From Acidobacteriota bacterium (GTDB taxonomy: Bacteria > Acidobacteriota > Thermoanaerobaculia > Multivoradales > UBA5704), in assembly GCA_040005235.1 (NCBI GenBank), contig JBDTZG010000080.1:1-19936 (forward strand): a stretch of 19,936 nt of DNA, written 5' to 3'. Position 1 is the stretch's first letter. Each line of letters begins with the position of its first letter. The translations under genes and the position numbers were made by a program. Shown piece by piece: positions 17,229 to 19,936 of this stretch. A model generated the notes under the pieces. The model saw only the letters and a program-made list of their open reading frames with translations, did no database searches and had not been told where the DNA came from.

Positions 17229-19367
17229 ATGCCGTCCCTCCTCCGCTTCCTCGCCCGCCGCGGCCTTCTCCCCCGCCTCTCCGAAACCGAGCGCCAGGCG
17301 CTCGCGGAGGGGACGGTTTGGCTGGACGGCGAGATCTTCTCCGGCATCCCCAATCTCCGGCGCATCCTCGCCGAGCCCTATCCGGAGCTTTCGGCGGAGG
17401 AGCAGGCGTTCCTCGACGGCCCGGTCGAAGAGGTCTGCGGACTCGCGAATCCCTGGGAAATCGCACACAGCCGGACTATCCCCGAGTCGATTTGGACCTA
17501 CCTTCGCGAGCACCGCTTCTTCGGCCTGTCGATCCCTCCCGCCTGGGGCGGCCTTGGCTTTTCGCCGCTCGCCGCGGGGGCGGTCTTCGGCAAGCTCGCC
17601 TCGCGTTCGCTGCCGCTTTCCGCGATTGTCCTGATCCCCAACTCGGTCGGGCCGGCGGAGCTGCTGCTCGCGCACGGTACGGAGGAGCAGCGGCGCCACT
17701 ATTTACCGCGCCTGGCGAGCGGCGAGGAGATCCCCTGCTTCGCGCTCACCGAACCCGAGGCGGGATCAGACGCGGCGTCTCTCGCTTCGGTCGGCGAGGT
17801 GCTCAAGGGTCCGGACGGCACGCCCTGGCTGCTGCTTTCGTGGAAAAAGCGCTACATCACGCTGGCTCCGGTCGCCACTCTGCTCGGCTTGGCGGTGCGG
17901 CTACACGATCCCGAGAACCTGCTTGGGGCTGGGATCGAGCCGGGGATTACCTGCGTGCTGGTCCCGACCTCCGCGCCGGGCGTCGAGATCGGCCGCCGAC
18001 ACGATCCGGCCGGTATCGCGATTCCGAACGGGCCGACCGAAGGGCGCAACGTCCTGGTCCCGGCAAACCAGATCCTCGGCGGACCAGAGGGAGCCGGCAA
18101 AGGCTGGGCGATGCTGATGGAGGCACTTTCGGCCGGGCGTTCGATCTCGCTTCCCGCGCAATCGGTGGGCGGGGCAAAGCTCGCGGCGCGCGTGGTGGGG
18201 GCGTACGCCCAGGTCCGTCATCAGTTCGGTCTGCCGATCGGCCGGTTCGAGGGGATCGAAGAGCCGCTCGCGAGGATCGCGGGCGAAACCTACCGGCTGG
18301 AAGCCGCGCGCGTCTTTACCGCCGGGGCGGTCGGCCGCGGCGAAAAACCGGCGGTGATCGGGGGAACGCTCAAGGTGGAAACGACCGAGCGGTTGCGCCG
18401 AATCGTGCTCGACGCGATGGACGTCCTCGGCGGGGCAGGCCTCTGCCGCGGGCCGCGCAACTTTCTCCCCGACGGGCTCGGGGCCGCTTCGATCGGCATC
18501 ACGGTCGAAGGGGCGAACATCCTCACCCGCACCCTGATCGTCTTCGGCCAGGGGCTGTTCCGCTCGCACCCGTACGTCCGCCGGGAGATCGCGGCGATCG
18601 AACAGCAGGACGAAAGCGCGTTTCGCCGCGCGGTGCTTGGGCACATCGCCCATTTCCTGCGGCTCAAACTCCGGACCCTGCGGCTCGACCTCTCGCGCGG
18701 CCATTTCACCCGGATCCCCACGAAGGGGGAGCATGCGGAGGACACCGCGCACCTCTGGCGCCGGCTCGCCTGGGCCTCCGCCCGCTTCGCCCTCCTCGCC
18801 CAGGCGACCCTCCTCCGCGAGGGAGCAAAACTCAAACGAGCGGAGCGCACCTCCGGCCGCTTCGCGGATGCTTTCGGCGCGATCTACCTGGGCTTCGCCT
18901 CGCTTCGCCGCTTCGAGGCCGAAGGACGGCGCACGGACGACCTGCCGTTCGTCCAATGGTCGGTCGAACGCTCGCTCGCCGACGTGCAAACCGCCCTCGA
19001 AACCATCCTCCGCAGACACCGCGGCCCGCTTTCGGCCCTCTGGCGTTTCCTGTGGCGGATTTCCCCCCTCGGTTCAGGACCGAGCGACGCACTTGGCGGC
19101 CAGCTCGCACGGGCACTCCAGACGGAAGGGGAGACCCGCGATCGGTTGACGGCGGGGATCTTTTTGGCAGACGATGAGAACGAACCTCTCGGACGGCTCG
19201 AAAAAGCGTTTCGGCTCACGCGCGCGGCCAAAGCGGGCGACGCCGAAGCCGAACGCCTTGCCGCAGAAGCCCGCCGCGAAGCGATAGAGGTGGACAGCTT
19301 TACTTTGGCGGAATATCTCGGCGCAGCGGCTGAGGATCTCGCGGCGACCCGCGTGAGCGAAGGGTAG
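17229..19367 (+). CDS. fadE: Large FadE-type acyl-CoA dehydrogenase
   Basis: Motifs PRLSETERQALAEG, PNSVGPAELL, IPCFALTEPEAGSDA, KRYITLAPVAT, GRSISLP, QFGLPIGRFEGI, ITVEGANILTR, and a FadE-like C-terminus (EVDSF). Confidence 0.88.
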   Translation: MPSLLRFLARRGLLPRLSETERQALAEGTVWLDGEIFSGIPNLRRILAEPYPELSAEEQAFLDGPVEEVCGLANPWEIAHSRTIPESIWTYLREHRFFGLSIPPAWGGLGFSPLAAGAVFGKLASRSLPLSAIVLIPNSVGPAELLLAHGTEEQRRHYLPRLASGEEIPCFALTEPEAGSDAASLASVGEVLKGPDGTPWLLLSWKKRYITLAPVATLLGLAVRLHDPENLLGAGIEPGITCVLVPTSAPGVEIGRRHDPAGIAIPNGPTEGRNVLVPANQILGGPEGAGKGWAMLMEALSAGRSISLPAQSVGGAKLAARVVGAYAQVRHQFGLPIGRFEGIEEPLARIAGETYRLEAARVFTAGAVGRGEKPAVIGGTLKVETTERLRRIVLDAMDVLGGAGLCRGPRNFLPDGLGAASIGITVEGANILTRTLIVFGQGLFRSHPYVRREIAAIEQQDESAFRRAVLGHIAHFLRLKLRTLRLDLSRGHFTRIPTKGEHAEDTAHLWRRLAWASARFALLAQATLLREGAKLKRAERTSGRFADAFGAIYLGFASLRRFEAEGRRTDDLPFVQWSVERSLADVQTALETILRRHRGPLSALWRFLWRISPLGSGPSDALGGQLARALQTEGETRDRLTAGIFLADDENEPLGRLEKAFRLTRAAKAGDAEAERLAAEARREAIEVDSFTLAEYLGAAAEDLAATRVSEG

Positions 19368-19756
19368 CGGCTAACCGGCCGGGATGGCGCCTATCGGGGG
19401 GCTATTACGGCTATCGGCGGGCTATATCGGCTATCGGGGCACTGTAGCGGCTAACCGGAGACTGTAGCGGCTATCGACAGGCTACGCTCGCTATCACGCG
19501 TGGATAGCGGGTATCGACGCCGAATAGCGGCAATCCCTCGGCGATAGCGACTTTCGGCCCCGGGATAGCGGCTATCGCGGCAGGATAGCCGCTACAGGCA
19601 ACCGATAGCGGGTATAGGCCGCAGATAGCCGCCAGCGGACGGGAATAGCCGCTATTGGACGCCTACAGCGGCTATCCAGCGAAAATAGCGGCTATCGCGA
19701 GTCGATAGCGGCTGGCGCGTGCCGATAGCCATTTTGCGCGAGCGACAGCGCGTTCA
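19363..19756. repeat. Non-coding array of 20 palindromic 13-mers (consensus GATAGC-G/C-GCTATC), 20-bp period, variable 7-bp spacers
   Basis: Unit starts at 19363, 19383 ... 19543, then 19564, 19584 ... 19744 (one 21-bp step). A perfect copy is at 19564-19576; the end units are degenerate. Confidence 0.92.
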
Positions 19757-19843
19757 AGCTGGAAACGTCACTCTTAGGAACACCTCGACGAGCTGTAGCT
19801 CGTATTCCTCGGGGGTAAGGTAGGGCTTGGGCTCGGGGAGCAT
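19754..19843 (-). pseudogene. Probable internally deleted Uma2/DUF820-family endonuclease remnant, 29 aa: MLPEPKPYLTPEEYELQLVEVFLRVTFPA
   Basis: The first 14 aa resemble a typical Uma2 N-terminus (PKPYLTPEEY) and the last 15 aa a typical Uma2 C-terminus. Recognised from memory of the family, not by search. Confidence 0.5.
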
Positions 19844-19873
19844 GGGGAGAGTTTGTAATGCCGGAGGGCTTTA

Positions 19874-19900
19874 CCTGGGAGCGCCAGGCTCCAGCCTGGC
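19874..19900. repeat. REP-like palindromic element, third copy of the family in the hisCB linker
   Basis: CCTGGGAGCGCCAGGCTCCAGCCTGGC matches 8672-8698 at 25 of 27 positions. Confidence 0.88.
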
Positions 19901-19936
19901 TCTGTTCGTCTCGATCAACCGGGCGCTTCCTTGCTG

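Noticed and set aside
19300-19367. fadE truncated by the repeat array, since its stop codon lies in unit 1
   Set aside because: The FadE-like terminal motif (EVDSF) is present upstream, so the protein appears complete.
19363-19756. CRISPR array
   Set aside because: The 13-bp degenerate repeats and 7-bp spacers are far too short, and there are no cas genes in the window.

Overview
GC-rich bacterial window. Positions 1-12808 (minus strand) hold a gapless his-trp superoperon: hisZ, hisG, hisD, a hisC-hisB fusion, hisH, hisA, hisF, hisIE, trpE, trpG, trpD, trpC, trpF and trpB (runs off the window edge). Every gene junction overlaps. The main find lies upstream and is too short for the ORF track: a sigma70-like promoter, then a 41-aa leader peptide ending in W-R-W-H-H-H-H, alternative pairings and an intrinsic terminator. 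This looks like one attenuator that senses both tryptophan and histidine. The HisC-HisB linker is encoded by a 99-bp in-frame REP-like inverted doublet, and a third copy of that repeat lies at 19874-19900. Further right are an aroD-aroE fusion (minus) and then an ArgE-like M20 hydrolase, hutF and a FadE-like acyl-CoA dehydrogenase (plus). The window ends with 20 palindromes (GATAGCnGCTATC) at a 20-bp period, which exactly fill the gap between fadE and a probable internally deleted Uma2-family remnant. All calls come from motif recognition by eye; no searches or folding programs were run.
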